Below are positions 20,364 to 30,243 of a DNA stretch of 64,000 bases, one piece after another. The position numbers were made by a program, and so were the translations under genes. The notes under the pieces were generated by a model. That model did no database searches, was not told the origin of the DNA, and was given only the letters and a program-made list of their open reading frames with translations. Source of the DNA: a virus; the IMG/VR virus record IMGVR_UViG_3300050821_004356, positions 32,001 through 96,000 of that record; one strand, written 5' to 3'. Each line of letters opens with the position of its first letter. Within the stretch, counting starts at the first letter, position 1.

Positions 20364-20792
20364 TTAGGTGCCCCTTTTTCTTCTCTGATGAGGACAATAG
20401 CCGTAGTGTCCTTTAGAAAAATTACAGTTCATACAAAGAACCAGTAGTCCCAGATTCTTAGGAAAATTTAGTTTTTTAAGCCACCGATAAATACCGGCGG
20501 CTCCACCCGGTATAGACGCTCTGTGCCTTTGCCCGTCTCCCCGAGAGTGTTCCAGTGTAAGAAACTCAATATCCCGAGCTCTACAACAAACACAAACTCC
20601 ACCATAAGTGTTTATAACGAGTCGTTTAAGTTTTCGCCGCCCTTTTCTACCTTTCTCTCCGCATCGCCTGCACAATGACGCGCGTTTAGCAGAAATTTTT
20701 CTTATGCCGCACTCACCACACAGACCTAGTCTTTTCATCTTACGACGGTGCTTGGCGCTATACAGCTTTTGATTCGGGTCGCCCCGACTCAT
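20364..20792 (-). CDS. HNH-type endonuclease
   Basis: YGGVCVCC...LTLEH...VLCMNCNFSK. Confidence 0.75.
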   Translation of the reverse strand: MSRGDPNQKLYSAKHRRKMKRLGLCGECGIRKISAKRASLCRRCGEKGRKGRRKLKRLVINTYGGVCVCCRARDIEFLTLEHSRGDGQRHRASIPGGAAGIYRWLKKLNFPKNLGLLVLCMNCNFSKGHYGYCPHQRRKRGT

Positions 20793-21478
20793 ATCGTACG
20801 GCCGTAATCAAATCTTCGACCTTCGACTTTCCAATACCAACTTTTGTTCTTAGTGCCGTCCGAGAACGTAATCGACCCAGGTGGATAACTTTTTACTTCG
20901 TCTTTGGGTTCGGAAAGTCCAGGCGTTAAAACCTCTCCTGTTTTTTCGGTTCTTAGCCGAGCACCCATTAAACATCTGTTCAAGGGGCCAAACCACGCCA
21001 GCGACTCTTGGATCATGACTTCGTATTCCTTTATGCGTTCTACAGCATATTTGAGATCGTCCACGAAGGCGCGTATGATGTGTTTTTTTTCTATCGTCGC
21101 TACGCGAGGCGTTTTGGCCCGCGTGTTCCTCCGATACTTCTTATTCTTCACGTCTACTGACATCTGACTCATTAAAACGATGTCATTATTGTACGTTTCT
21201 ATTTCTCTTAGACCATTGACTTTGCCTGAACCGGCGCACAACGCGCAGTTCTTTTTCTCGACGTCCGTCATAGCTTCGCAAAAGGAACAATCTTCGATCA
21301 CTTCTACCGGCGTGCGCTTGACTACAACCCATTTGGCCTGATTCGTCTTAATCAGTTCGTTGGCGTACGCATATTCGACCATCTTCTTACAACGGCACTT
21401 CGGGGCTGGCGGGGCCGATTCGCCCGTTGCGACCATCTCTTGCCCTAAACAGCCTTGGTGCATCTTCACTTTCTTCAT
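20789..21478 (-). CDS. hypothetical protein with Zn-finger insert
   Basis: CSFC...CALCAGSG. Confidence 0.6.
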   Translation of the reverse strand: MKKVKMHQGCLGQEMVATGESAPPAPKCRCKKMVEYAYANELIKTNQAKWVVVKRTPVEVIEDCSFCEAMTDVEKKNCALCAGSGKVNGLREIETYNNDIVLMSQMSVDVKNKKYRRNTRAKTPRVATIEKKHIIRAFVDDLKYAVERIKEYEVMIQESLAWFGPLNRCLMGARLRTEKTGEVLTPGLSEPKDEVKSYPPGSITFSDGTKNKSWYWKVEGRRFDYGRTI

Positions 21479-21481
21479 TTT

Positions 21482-21889
21482 TTATGGGGTCCGACTGCTT
21501 ACTTTCCTTTGGAGGGGTGTTTTAGGGGCATAACCCCGGGTTCTGGTGCCAGAGCCGTCGGCTCTTTTGCCTTTTGAAGCTCTATAAATGCTTCTAATCA
21601 CACCTTTTATTCTCTCTTCTGTGCTCCCTAGCTCTTCTGCTATTTGCGACCGAGTATACCCCATTCTAAAGTAAAGATGTATAACAGTAGCCCAGCGTCC
21701 AGCTGCCTCCCGTTGATTATCATTACTAGCTAGCTTAGGAAATGATTGCAAGAGCAACCCTCGAATAAACTTGTCGTCCTTCGTCCAACCCGGCGCAGTA
21801 CGTTTATAAGTACGAGCGCCCACTGTTTGGTGTCCACCGTTTAAAAAAGATTCATTCCTATCTAATGATCGCCTCAATTGAGAATTCAT
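21482..21889 (-). CDS. sigma-region-4-like HTH protein
   Basis: HLYFRMGYTRSQIAEELGSTEERIKGVI. Confidence 0.65.
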   Translation of the reverse strand: MNSQLRRSLDRNESFLNGGHQTVGARTYKRTAPGWTKDDKFIRGLLLQSFPKLASNDNQREAAGRWATVIHLYFRMGYTRSQIAEELGSTEERIKGVIRSIYRASKGKRADGSGTRTRGYAPKTPLQRKVSSRTP

Positions 21890-22200
21890 AGACCTGACCT
21901 TAATATTTTGAGAATCTCTTCTTTGTTCTCATGGCCTTTTAAATCCTTTGCCGCGTTTTTCAACTTGGTTTCTTTTGCTTTACTAGCATAGAGAGGAGCG
22001 CGCGGTAGCTTTTTACGACTTGAATATCCGCCTCTCCAGTAAACGATAGGGTCTGTTCCTCTATTGCCAGATTGACTGGTTCCGTCGAGCCCACTTCGCC
22101 CTGGTAGGTTTTCTTCAAACTGCTGCTCTTGAAAAAACACGTCTTGTGGTGCCGGTGGGCAAATCGTTATCTTTATATTCTTACTCATCTGCTCCTCCAT
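21886..22200 (-). CDS. hypothetical protein
   Basis: coupled ORF. Confidence 0.5.
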   Translation of the reverse strand: MEEQMSKNIKITICPPAPQDVFFQEQQFEENLPGRSGLDGTSQSGNRGTDPIVYWRGGYSSRKKLPRAPLYASKAKETKLKNAAKDLKGHENKEEILKILRSGL

Positions 22201-23386
22201 CGTCCTCTTTGAAAAGGTCGTCCAAACTACTGTCGTCGGATTTCGTGAAATTCTGCTGTTTGAACATTTCGTCTTTCAACACGAAGGCTCTAAAATACGG
22301 ATCGGCGCTATCGTCGTGGGGATATCTGACTGAGTACTTGTTCGGATAAGACTTCCTGTGCCAAGCGTTCACGATATTAATAATCTGCTGACCGGCTATT
22401 TCTCCTGCGTCATCTGCGCTTTCCTTTGTAACAAATCCAGCGTTGAATTGCAAGCGTTGTTTTGTTAAAACGTCTACCGAGACTCGGGCTCCGAATTGTG
22501 CCAACCACGCGTCTCTGCGTTCCTTGGCCACTTTAGTTTGGTCGGTCTTACCGTCTGCCTTCTTACCTTGTGCTCGCTCCATATCTTCAATTAACGAATC
22601 GTTAGCAACAAGAATAGCGTGGTCTTCGTCCATTTGAGCTATGACTGCCTCTTGTCCTGCTTTGAAGATACCAGCGTCTTCCAAGAGTGTAACCGAATAA
22701 CCTTTTTGAAGAGTATGGGCCTTCTTGACGAAAGTCAAAAGTGCGACGTCTCGGATACCGGTTTGCCAGCTGTAGCGTCGAAGCTGGGTATCATAAGCGG
22801 CGATGCCGTACGCTTCCGGAAAGTCCACACCAGATGTTTTGATATCAATAATTATTGGGCGTAGTGGGCCGTATTCTGGTTTCCAAATCAATTTAGGCAA
22901 TAGTGGATGGTTCGGATCGACGTATGAGACAATGTCGAGTTTTCCCATATCTGTAATCTCACCATAAAGTGGGTCGCCTGGGAACACCTCTTTTTCAAAT
23001 TCTTTTTGAAACAGCGTGGCACCGCCTAGAGGAATCGGCAACTCAGGCTGACGGATGATGTAGAGCTTAATCATCTCGATGCCAGTCTTGTACAGCGTGG
23101 GCCAATCTTTTTCAACTTTCGTATATTGAAGTTCTTTATTGGGCGCGTGAACCTGCCACTTCTCTATAAAGTGTTGAACCGCGCCTGTGCCGTCGTGTTC
23201 GTGATGCCATTGCACGGCCTCTTCGATGGCCTTACCAAACTCGAATCTGGCGCGGTTGTTCTTTTCACGCCAACCCTCGATTTTTTGAAGATAATATCCA
23301 TATGGCGACCTGTCGTAGGTGTTGCCCGCGCTGTAACTGTGACGTCTCCACGGTTGGCCTTTAGCATTGATATAGAGAAAAGCCAT
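22181..23386 (-). CDS. PD-(D/E)XK nuclease (RecB/AddB-like exonuclease)
   Basis: HSYS, FGKAIE, GKLDIV, IIDIKTS, QLRRYS; lies next to the UvrD helicase. Confidence 0.75.
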   Translation of the reverse strand: MAFLYINAKGQPWRRHSYSAGNTYDRSPYGYYLQKIEGWREKNNRARFEFGKAIEEAVQWHHEHDGTGAVQHFIEKWQVHAPNKELQYTKVEKDWPTLYKTGIEMIKLYIIRQPELPIPLGGATLFQKEFEKEVFPGDPLYGEITDMGKLDIVSYVDPNHPLLPKLIWKPEYGPLRPIIIDIKTSGVDFPEAYGIAAYDTQLRRYSWQTGIRDVALLTFVKKAHTLQKGYSVTLLEDAGIFKAGQEAVIAQMDEDHAILVANDSLIEDMERAQGKKADGKTDQTKVAKERRDAWLAQFGARVSVDVLTKQRLQFNAGFVTKESADDAGEIAGQQIINIVNAWHRKSYPNKYSVRYPHDDSADPYFRAFVLKDEMFKQQNFTKSDDSSLDDLFKEDDGGADE

Positions 23387-23658
23387 CAGCTGTTCCTCGG
23401 GTCAGTGAAAGTGAAGCGGCCATCGATTCTGTTTTCCTCGTAGTTGTGGCCTTCGTAATAGATTTCATCATAACCATCGGCATCGGCGTCGTCAAAGTCA
23501 GCTTGTAGCCACCGCTCGAATTCGCCTTCCATTCCAACCTCTACGAAGTAGTCGTGCCCGCTATCGTCCGACTGAATCGAGTAGCGACGCTCCGCTGGCT
23601 TGGCTGGTCGTTGACCCGACCGGAGTCGAGTCCTGTTGCCCTTTTGCCCTATTCTCAT
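23386..23658 (-). CDS. hypothetical protein
   Basis: GGAG RBS; overlaps the helicase 3' end. Confidence 0.5.
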   Translation of the reverse strand: MRIGQKGNRTRLRSGQRPAKPAERRYSIQSDDSGHDYFVEVGMEGEFERWLQADFDDADADGYDEIYYEGHNYEENRIDGRFTFTDPRNS

Positions 23659-25276
23659 AATGTTTTATCTCCCCTTGAAAATCATTTAAAAATTCGCTGC
23701 GTACCGTGTCAAAACTTATGTGCAAATTATCAGCTGCGCGCGAGCAAGCGACGAAGAAAATTCGCTTTTCTTCTAATATCTCGCCATCTTTGTGCGGCAT
23801 CATACCTTGCTTACATCCGATTACGAAAACGTTCTTGTATTCTCTTCCCTTAGCTTGGTGGACTGTTGTCAAGGTCAAGGTCGGATTCTTGTCGCGATGT
23901 TCGTAGCTCGGGGACTTAGCTGCCTCGCAAGCGTACGTCAGTTTACGCAACCAGTCCAAAAATTCCTTCACGGTGCCACGGTTCGCAGATAGCTTGACGA
24001 TATCAGCTAGGTTCTCGACGGGCGGCTTTTCGTTTGGCCCGCCGGTGTTTCGATATATGTGCGTCAAGTTGTTTACGCGCATCTGCTCTTCCATCACATC
24101 GTAAGCCTTGCGACCGGAGTCTTTGAACTTCTTGGTCAGTTCGAGTAGGTGCTTAACCTCGTCTTTCTGCCAAAGGTCTTTCTGACCTAGGATCATCGTT
24201 TTGATCCCGAGCGCCATAGCAGCTTTTTGAAAGGTGCGAAGCTGACGGTTTGTGCGAGCAATGATCGCGGTGTTGTTAAAATCTTTCGATTCGTTTATTT
24301 GATACAATACGTGGACAACCTCTTGGAGATCGTCATCATACTGAGTGAAGGACGGGTCTATTCCCCACTCTCGCATTGACACCATATGGCTAGCAAGTCC
24401 GTTGTCGACAGGGATGATTTTTTTGAGGAAGGCCACGATAGCGCCTGTGCTGCGGTAATTGTTTCCGAGATATAACGTAGTAGCTCCGGGGAAATGGGTG
24501 GCAAAGTTAGTAAGGTTGCCAGCCACAGCACTGCGCCATTCGTAGATGAGTTGGTTTTCGTCTCCCACCACGAATATATTCCCACCGTAGAGAAGTTGTA
24601 GCAGCCTGAACTGGACAACGTCGGTGTCTTGACATTCGTCCACGCATATGTACTTTCGTATATATCGAGATCGTACCTCATCGTTCGTCTCCAACAGCTT
24701 CACTGTTTCGTCCATCAAACTCGAAAAGTCCAGCCAGCCTTGTTCGCGACATTTCTTTTCATAGTCACGGTAAGCAGCCGCGTAAAAGAACATGCTTCCC
24801 TTCTTAGTGGTGTCGCAATACGTGTCTTCTATCGCTTGCTCCGGACTGATATTAGATGCCTTCCACTCGGCTATCTTATCTCTCAACGAACGAAAAGATG
24901 TGATCGCTGGGTACATCTTCATCAAATCTCTGAGCAGCTGAAAGTCCTGGCCGTAACTCGGAAGCACGAACTCGCCGACCTTGAACGGTAGATGCTGCTT
25001 TTCTTTCATAATGATATCTAGAGCCAGCGAGTGAAACGTCCTAAAGACTTTCTCCGCTCCAAATAGACCGACTTTCTCGACCATATTTTTTGCTGCTTCG
25101 TTCGTAAAAGTTAAGTTCAAGATATCCGTTGATGGGATTCGATGTTTGGATATCATATCCAGGTATCGGCGAATCAAGACGGTAGTCTTGCCTGATCCCG
25201 GGCCTGCAATCGTAACTACGTTGCCGCTGATTGCGTCAGCGCAAGTCTGTTGGTCATTGTCTAGCGAATGAATCAA
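23561..25276 (-). CDS. UvrD/PcrA-like superfamily 1 helicase
   Basis: AGPGSGKT, LTFTNEAA, TFHS, VDECQD, VGDENQLIYEWR, NYRS, TVHQAKGRE, EEKRIFFVACSRA. Confidence 0.95.
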   Translation of the reverse strand: MIHSLDNDQQTCADAISGNVVTIAGPGSGKTTVLIRRYLDMISKHRIPSTDILNLTFTNEAAKNMVEKVGLFGAEKVFRTFHSLALDIIMKEKQHLPFKVGEFVLPSYGQDFQLLRDLMKMYPAITSFRSLRDKIAEWKASNISPEQAIEDTYCDTTKKGSMFFYAAAYRDYEKKCREQGWLDFSSLMDETVKLLETNDEVRSRYIRKYICVDECQDTDVVQFRLLQLLYGGNIFVVGDENQLIYEWRSAVAGNLTNFATHFPGATTLYLGNNYRSTGAIVAFLKKIIPVDNGLASHMVSMREWGIDPSFTQYDDDLQEVVHVLYQINESKDFNNTAIIARTNRQLRTFQKAAMALGIKTMILGQKDLWQKDEVKHLLELTKKFKDSGRKAYDVMEEQMRVNNLTHIYRNTGGPNEKPPVENLADIVKLSANRGTVKEFLDWLRKLTYACEAAKSPSYEHRDKNPTLTLTTVHQAKGREYKNVFVIGCKQGMMPHKDGEILEEKRIFFVACSRAADNLHISFDTVRSEFLNDFQGEIKHYENRAKGQQDSTPVGSTTSQASGASLLDSVGR

Positions 25277-25512
25277 TGTACTTCGCTCACTAGAGAATTA
25301 ATAGACTGGCCCTTCGCGCGCTTCTCTTCGCACAACTTTACCAATGATTCGTATAGCTCAAGTTTATGAGCGTCGGTACAATTACCGAAATTAACAACCA
25401 TCGGCTCCGGATCGCCTGCGAACGCAAAGCCGCATATAACGACCTTGTGCCGGTTGGCTAAGCGTAAGAGCTCTTCTACTGCGGTGTGAACTAACTGTTG
25501 TTCTGGACTCAA
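25273..25512 (-). CDS. hypothetical protein
   Basis: coupled ORF. Confidence 0.55.
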   Translation of the reverse strand: MSPEQQLVHTAVEELLRLANRHKVVICGFAFAGDPEPMVVNFGNCTDAHKLELYESLVKLCEEKRAKGQSINSLVSEVH

Positions 25513-26045
25513 TTTTGATCTCCTGCCTTTCTTACATACCGTACGTAGAAACGACGATTGTTTGCTTGTTCTTTAGCGGTAGCCCATTTACAATTCTCAG
25601 GTTCATAGTTGCCGTCAACATCCTTGCGCTCGATACTTAAACCTATAGGCTTCTCGCCCATGTCAGCCAGAAAGTTGTCAAACGAATCAATCCAGCGTTG
25701 ACACATTGTAATCCCACGCCCGCCATAGTGTTGATAGCCGACATTTTTAGGATTAAAACACCTTGCTTTTATTGATACCCACGTAGTATAAGTACGAGTA
25801 GTTTGACTATTTTTAGCGTGCCCGTGTTTTGTAAGCCGCTCTTTATTTGATTTACTTGTTGCTTCACTGCACAAACAACCGCAGCTTTTTGTGTGACCGT
25901 TTTGAACGTGGGACCGCAGTATCCGTTTCTCAGTTCCACACTCGCAACGAAACAGGTATAGCCACTGATTACTGCTACTGCGAATTGCGTCTACTGGCAT
26001 CAGCGTGAGCCGTCCGTATTTGTCTCCCGGACTCATATTAATCAT
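25509..26045 (-). CDS. HNH homing endonuclease-like protein
   Basis: CECG...TKSCGC, YGGRGI, SIERKDVDGNYEPENCKWAT...NNRR. Confidence 0.85.
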   Translation of the reverse strand: MINMSPGDKYGRLTLMPVDAIRSSSNQWLYLFRCECGTEKRILRSHVQNGHTKSCGCLCSEATSKSNKERLTKHGHAKNSQTTRTYTTWVSIKARCFNPKNVGYQHYGGRGITMCQRWIDSFDNFLADMGEKPIGLSIERKDVDGNYEPENCKWATAKEQANNRRFYVRYVRKAGDQN

Positions 26046-26475
26046 CTAAGTGCCCGTCTTCTGCAGAAACAAACTTAAATACGCCGTGCGGGTCCTTGTC
26101 GCCTTCGAACTCTATTTGCACAATATCGCGAGTCCAGTTCGTCGGGCAAGTGTGCTCATCGTAGTAGTATCGCGAGTCTTCTGCGTATTCTTCCGGTGTG
26201 TCGTTCTGAGAGTGTGAGTACTTCCAAGCGTTTACCTTGACTGTGATTTTGGGTTCGGTAATAGATTGAAGGGTGATTGTAACCGGGGTATTCGTCCAAC
26301 CTGTCAAAGACGTTTCGAAGTCGAACTCCGAGACCCTCTCTATTTTAAAGTTAGCTTGGCACTTGGAGCACGACCAAGTTGTTTTAAAACCGATAACCAA
26401 GTGATCGGCCCGCGAGGAGCCTTCGATACAACCTGGGCACGGAACGTATAGCTGGGTTTTTGCTTGAACGACCAT
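26038..26475 (-). CDS. hypothetical Zn-ribbon protein
   Basis: CPGC and CSKC. Confidence 0.55.
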   Translation of the reverse strand: MVVQAKTQLYVPCPGCIEGSSRADHLVIGFKTTWSCSKCQANFKIERVSEFDFETSLTGWTNTPVTITLQSITEPKITVKVNAWKYSHSQNDTPEEYAEDSRYYYDEHTCPTNWTRDIVQIEFEGDKDPHGVFKFVSAEDGHLDD

Positions 26476-27978
26476 TTATTTTGCTCCTATCACGTCGTTG
26501 ATATACTTAACCAGATTCTGCGGCGAGTTACGCGATAAGAAGTCGGGAAAGAACGCTTTGAATTCCTCCCAATCGTCAACCGTCATGTGCGAGGTAGCCT
26601 TGCCCGACTGTCTCTCGGCAAAGAGCCGCAGTTTGGCGCTAGCTCCTCCGATGCCTTCGCTGGGCCGCATCCCTGCCATCGGGAGTACGTTATTGGCGTA
26701 CTCACGCAAGAACACGCGGTAGCCTTCTTCTTGTTCCTTCGTCGGCTTGCCTGGGAAGTCTGTACCCTGATTGGGTACAAGCGTACCCGAAATGGGTACA
26801 GACGATAACGAAGAGATTGGCGGCACCGTTGGTGTTGGGGGCGTCAGAGCTTCATGGGGTGTTCCTGCATACTTAGGGGTTTCGGCGAGAGGAGGCACAG
26901 CTGGATTCGCTTGCGTTGGCACAACCGGATTAGCTTGCGTTCGCATAGCCTCGTTAATTTGAAATGCCACAGCCGCCGGAATAGTGCCTAAAGCCTTCGC
27001 TGCTTCGACAATTATCGGATCAGTGGCTTGAGCAGGTGGCGTAGAAACTTGTCCCGGTGAAGACATGTCAACCGTGTTTCTCTTTTTATTAGGTCCCCGT
27101 GGTTTGCGGGCCTTCTTAACAGGCTCTGTCGATGCTGTTTCACTTGTTTGGGGTGTTTCAACGTTTGCTGAAACAGGTGTATATAATGAGCCCGGTAATC
27201 CTGCTTCGGCTTCGGCCAAAACCTGTTTCGTTACGTCTTTGCTGTGCAGTTGTCGGATGGCCTCGTCGCGCATTTCCTGCATAGACGGCTTGGCTGACTC
27301 TGGTGCTTTCAAGTTATTATAAGAGCCATAACGATCTGGGTCGATTGGCTTCTCGTGTGCGATAGTTCCTTCGTTATGATTAATTGTAGTCGAGACGGTC
27401 ACGTCTTTACCAGGTGCTGGGTTCGGCGAAATCTTTGGCATCGGTGGGAAGACTACCGAAGTGCTAGCGAGTTGCACGTCCGGTGCAGGCGCAGATAGCG
27501 GCGCGTCTTGATTCACTTCAGAATAATCGAGAATTCCCAAACCTACAAACTTTAACGTTAATCGACGTCCCGCCCGGGTCTCTGCGGTCGCCACAGCTGC
27601 TGCAAGCTTCTCGCCCTTGAGACCTTCGGTAGAGTGTGCGCCGACTGCGATCTCTTGGCGACCGTTTTTATCTTTACCTACGGCTGTGAAGCTGACGTAA
27701 CCAGGGCCGTCGTGCTGCGTCAAGCTGATAACGTTGATCTCGCGCTGACTGCGCAAAACATCGGTGGTGCCTCGGCGAGCATATAGCTGCAGCTTTTTCA
27801 TACCTGTGCCTTCGTCGGCGATCCACAAAATGTCGAACCAGTTAGTGGCCGGATCGAGACCGAAGAATTCGGAGACGTCGCGTTTGTATTGGTCCCGCTG
27901 TGCGTCGTTCAACGTCTCAAGATTGTAGACGATACTAAAATTTTTGCTCATGCCTTCTCCTCGTTCAACATTTGACAA
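26476..27978 (-). CDS. putative Bet/RecT-like ssDNA annealing recombinase with long disordered linker
   Basis: GLDP...KLQLYA...AETRAGRRLTLKFVGLGILDYSE N-terminal domain; Pro/Ala-rich middle region. Confidence 0.6.
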   Translation of the reverse strand: MSNVERGEGMSKNFSIVYNLETLNDAQRDQYKRDVSEFFGLDPATNWFDILWIADEGTGMKKLQLYARRGTTDVLRSQREINVISLTQHDGPGYVSFTAVGKDKNGRQEIAVGAHSTEGLKGEKLAAAVATAETRAGRRLTLKFVGLGILDYSEVNQDAPLSAPAPDVQLASTSVVFPPMPKISPNPAPGKDVTVSTTINHNEGTIAHEKPIDPDRYGSYNNLKAPESAKPSMQEMRDEAIRQLHSKDVTKQVLAEAEAGLPGSLYTPVSANVETPQTSETASTEPVKKARKPRGPNKKRNTVDMSSPGQVSTPPAQATDPIIVEAAKALGTIPAAVAFQINEAMRTQANPVVPTQANPAVPPLAETPKYAGTPHEALTPPTPTVPPISSLSSVPISGTLVPNQGTDFPGKPTKEQEEGYRVFLREYANNVLPMAGMRPSEGIGGASAKLRLFAERQSGKATSHMTVDDWEEFKAFFPDFLSRNSPQNLVKYINDVIGAK

Positions 27979-28151
27979 ATGGCCTCTGCAACGGCCACCG
28001 TCTTTTCTCTATTGCGAAACATCCCCATTGTCACTTCGACTGCAATGTCGTTGGGATAAACTTGCTTTCCCATCGGCGAAATCCTGTCTCGAATCACTAT
28101 GTTCGATTTCGGGTTGCCATCTGAGTCAACAGTATAGCGGTCAATCTTCAT
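27948..28151 (-). CDS. hypothetical protein
   Basis: coupled ORF. Confidence 0.5.
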   Translation of the reverse strand: MKIDRYTVDSDGNPKSNIVIRDRISPMGKQVYPNDIAVEVTMGMFRNREKTVAVAEAICQMLNEEKA

Positions 28152-28372
28152 GATTTTGCCTCGATGTCCTTACCGATTGCCTTTAGTTGCTTCAGACTGT
28201 ACGACTTGACATCACCGTATGGCGCGATGATTATCGGAACCAGAAATTTAAGCTTGATGGCTTCACCGGCGCGGACTAGCGTCTCTGCTGCGCGATGGTC
28301 TCGGACAACAACGATATCGCCAAACTTCAAACGCAAACGTTTAATCTCTATCAGCAGCTTCTTTTTGCTCAT
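28148..28372 (-). CDS. hypothetical protein
   Basis: GGAG RBS downstream of promoter. Confidence 0.55.
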   Translation of the reverse strand: MSKKKLLIEIKRLRLKFGDIVVVRDHRAAETLVRAGEAIKLKFLVPIIIAPYGDVKSYSLKQLKAIGKDIEAKS

Positions 28373-28391
28373 ATTTTCTCCAATTTAAACG

Positions 28392-28420
28392 ATAGTACCA
28401 TGACTTTTGTAGCTTGTCAA
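28392..28420 (-). promoter_or_regulatory. sigma70-type promoter
   Basis: TTGACA-17-TACTAT with extended TG. Confidence 0.75.
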
Positions 28421-28421
28421 G

Positions 28422-29474
28422 CTATTTGTGATAGAACGAATCCTGAAATCCATCTGCACCTAAAAGTAAGCCCGGTGCCCAATCGACAGGCGCGCTCATA
28501 ATATCGATCATGTCGTTTACCCCTGGGCTGAACGGATCGTTGGGAACCAAGCATAGGCCTTCGTCGTGAAAGTGACCGACCACGGGGCAATCAATTTTCT
28601 CGAATTCTAGGAGCTTCACGGCCAAGACGTCGCGGGCAATTCCCTGGACTGCGTTTTGATATTCGTGACCACCGTGCGTGTGGATAGACGTCCATTTGCC
28701 GGTTGTCTGATCTTCGGTTGCGTACCACAAAGCCGGTCGGTACACAGGGCCGCCTTCTTTGTCTGTCCAAGGCATCAACGTGTTTTGAACATATGCGTCT
28801 AGATAATGAAGCCTTCTACCTGATGGTAGCGTCATTCGCATAATTGGGTTGCGGCCGGTTACGTTCAGCCTATCGATCTTTACGCAATTATTAGGACCAA
28901 GATATCGCACGGTAGCTGGATGCGCCGGGTCCATTACGTCAAGAATTGCTTCTTCGAATTTAACCCATATGCCCTTTACGTTATCACCGAATCCGTTGCC
29001 ACAAATCTCAGGATAAGCGTTTCTAAAAACTTCGGTACCTGTGTGGGCCTCTTGTAAACTCATGTCGATGCCCATACCTCGCGCGTACCCGAATAGCCCG
29101 GTGCGAACTCGGTCGTATATTTTCTCGCCTGTTACCTCGTCAATGTAAGATGCTTTACCTTGCCCCCAACCGCCACCACCCATGCGATAAAGAGACGCTA
29201 AAACTGGAACCTTAGCCTTTTGTCGTTTTATCTTAGCCTCGGTTTTGGCTTCTTTACCGTTACGACCTTCCTTGCTCGCCCAAAGCGTTTCGTACGGCGT
29301 CGAATACAGCTTGGCGGCAAAAGATAAATAGGGATCGCGGCCGTTGCGATGGAATTTATCAAATTGATCTGTATACGGTTGAAATACATTAAGTAGTGAT
29401 GGACATTCAGCAAGCCAACTTCCCACCCTGGTTTCTATAGCGTTGAGGTCAGCCGCTTGAAGACGGGTGCTCAT
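28422..29474 (-). CDS. DNA polymerase family A, C-terminal (catalytic) part
   Basis: motif A ADLNAIETRV, motif B RQKAKVPVLASLY, QNAVQGIARD, motif C HFHDE. Confidence 0.9.
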   Translation of the reverse strand: MSTRLQAADLNAIETRVGSWLAECPSLLNVFQPYTDQFDKFHRNGRDPYLSFAAKLYSTPYETLWASKEGRNGKEAKTEAKIKRQKAKVPVLASLYRMGGGGWGQGKASYIDEVTGEKIYDRVRTGLFGYARGMGIDMSLQEAHTGTEVFRNAYPEICGNGFGDNVKGIWVKFEEAILDVMDPAHPATVRYLGPNNCVKIDRLNVTGRNPIMRMTLPSGRRLHYLDAYVQNTLMPWTDKEGGPVYRPALWYATEDQTTGKWTSIHTHGGHEYQNAVQGIARDVLAVKLLEFEKIDCPVVGHFHDEGLCLVPNDPFSPGVNDMIDIMSAPVDWAPGLLLGADGFQDSFYHK

Positions 29475-30040
29475 TGTTTTTCCCTAGCGTAATCTTCCAT
29501 CTCGGCTGCCCAATTAGCCACTTTCATGATTTGTACAGGGGTTGCGTTTGACTTAATCATATTCGCTAATCTGGATATTACAAAGCAATTTTCTTTTGTG
29601 TACCCTAACTCTGGAGCGAATCTATCTAAACTAGCTGAATCGCTCTGTGGAATTCGACAGGACAGGTTGTACGGCATACCCAATACAGGGCAAACACCAT
29701 CGCCAATTAAATAAAGAATATTTTCTTTAGTAATCGTACACGGTACCCCCTTCCTCTTAGCTCTTGATTTTGCGCAGTATAATAGTCTAGTTGCCATAAC
29801 GCTAAAACCACCGCACTCTTTACACGATTCTACTTGTCTTGAATGCTCACAGATGCCGTTGCCTCGACAAATTCGGCAGCGGTCTTTTCTGACAACGTGG
29901 GTACACAAAGAGCCCCCACCGCAATTCTCGCATAGGCTTTTACGTTTACCGTGTTTACAAAAATCTGAGCCCCCGCAGTCTCTACAGTAGTATTTTAGTT
30001 TACCGTGAACGCAGGTATTTCTCTTGGTCAATGTGGTCAC
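29471..30040 (-). CDS. HNH-like endonuclease with CxHG Zn repeats, inserted between the polymerase halves
   Basis: repeated CxHG...CxxC; CPVLG...SLDR...GYTKENC...AN; GTG start at 30040 with GGAG RBS. Confidence 0.8.
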   Translation of the reverse strand: MTTLTKRNTCVHGKLKYYCRDCGGSDFCKHGKRKSLCENCGGGSLCTHVVRKDRCRICRGNGICEHSRQVESCKECGGFSVMATRLLYCAKSRAKRKGVPCTITKENILYLIGDGVCPVLGMPYNLSCRIPQSDSASLDRFAPELGYTKENCFVISRLANMIKSNATPVQIMKVANWAAEMEDYAREKQ

Positions 30041-30243
30041 TTTAACTCCGTATAAGCCAGCCATTGAAGTGCTGTGTCTTGAAGCATGTGGGCGATCCAC
30101 AAAGGGACGTGTTTACGGTGAACAAATATTACAGTATCCGGTTCCCCATGCCAAGCTATCATCTGCCGAGCTCTTTCGATTGCTGACTCTTTTGTGTCGT
30201 ACAAAGGCTCGCCATCTTCTTCGCTGAATCCTGAGAATGCCAT
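30037..30243 (-). CDS. 68-aa hypothetical protein between the polymerase halves
   Basis: TAATG and GTGA coupling on either side. Confidence 0.55.
   Translation of the reverse strand: MAFSGFSEEDGEPLYDTKESAIERARQMIAWHGEPDTVIFVHRKHVPLWIAHMLQDTALQWLAYTELK

Noticed and set aside
22181-23386. Cas4 or a CRISPR system
   Set aside because: No Fe-S cysteine cluster, no cas neighbours, and no repeat-spacer array seen in the window.
29474-30243. Group I intron or intein in the DNA polymerase
   Set aside because: The insert is fully coding with coupled stop/start overlaps; no intron core or intein terminal residues are visible. RT-PCR is still needed.
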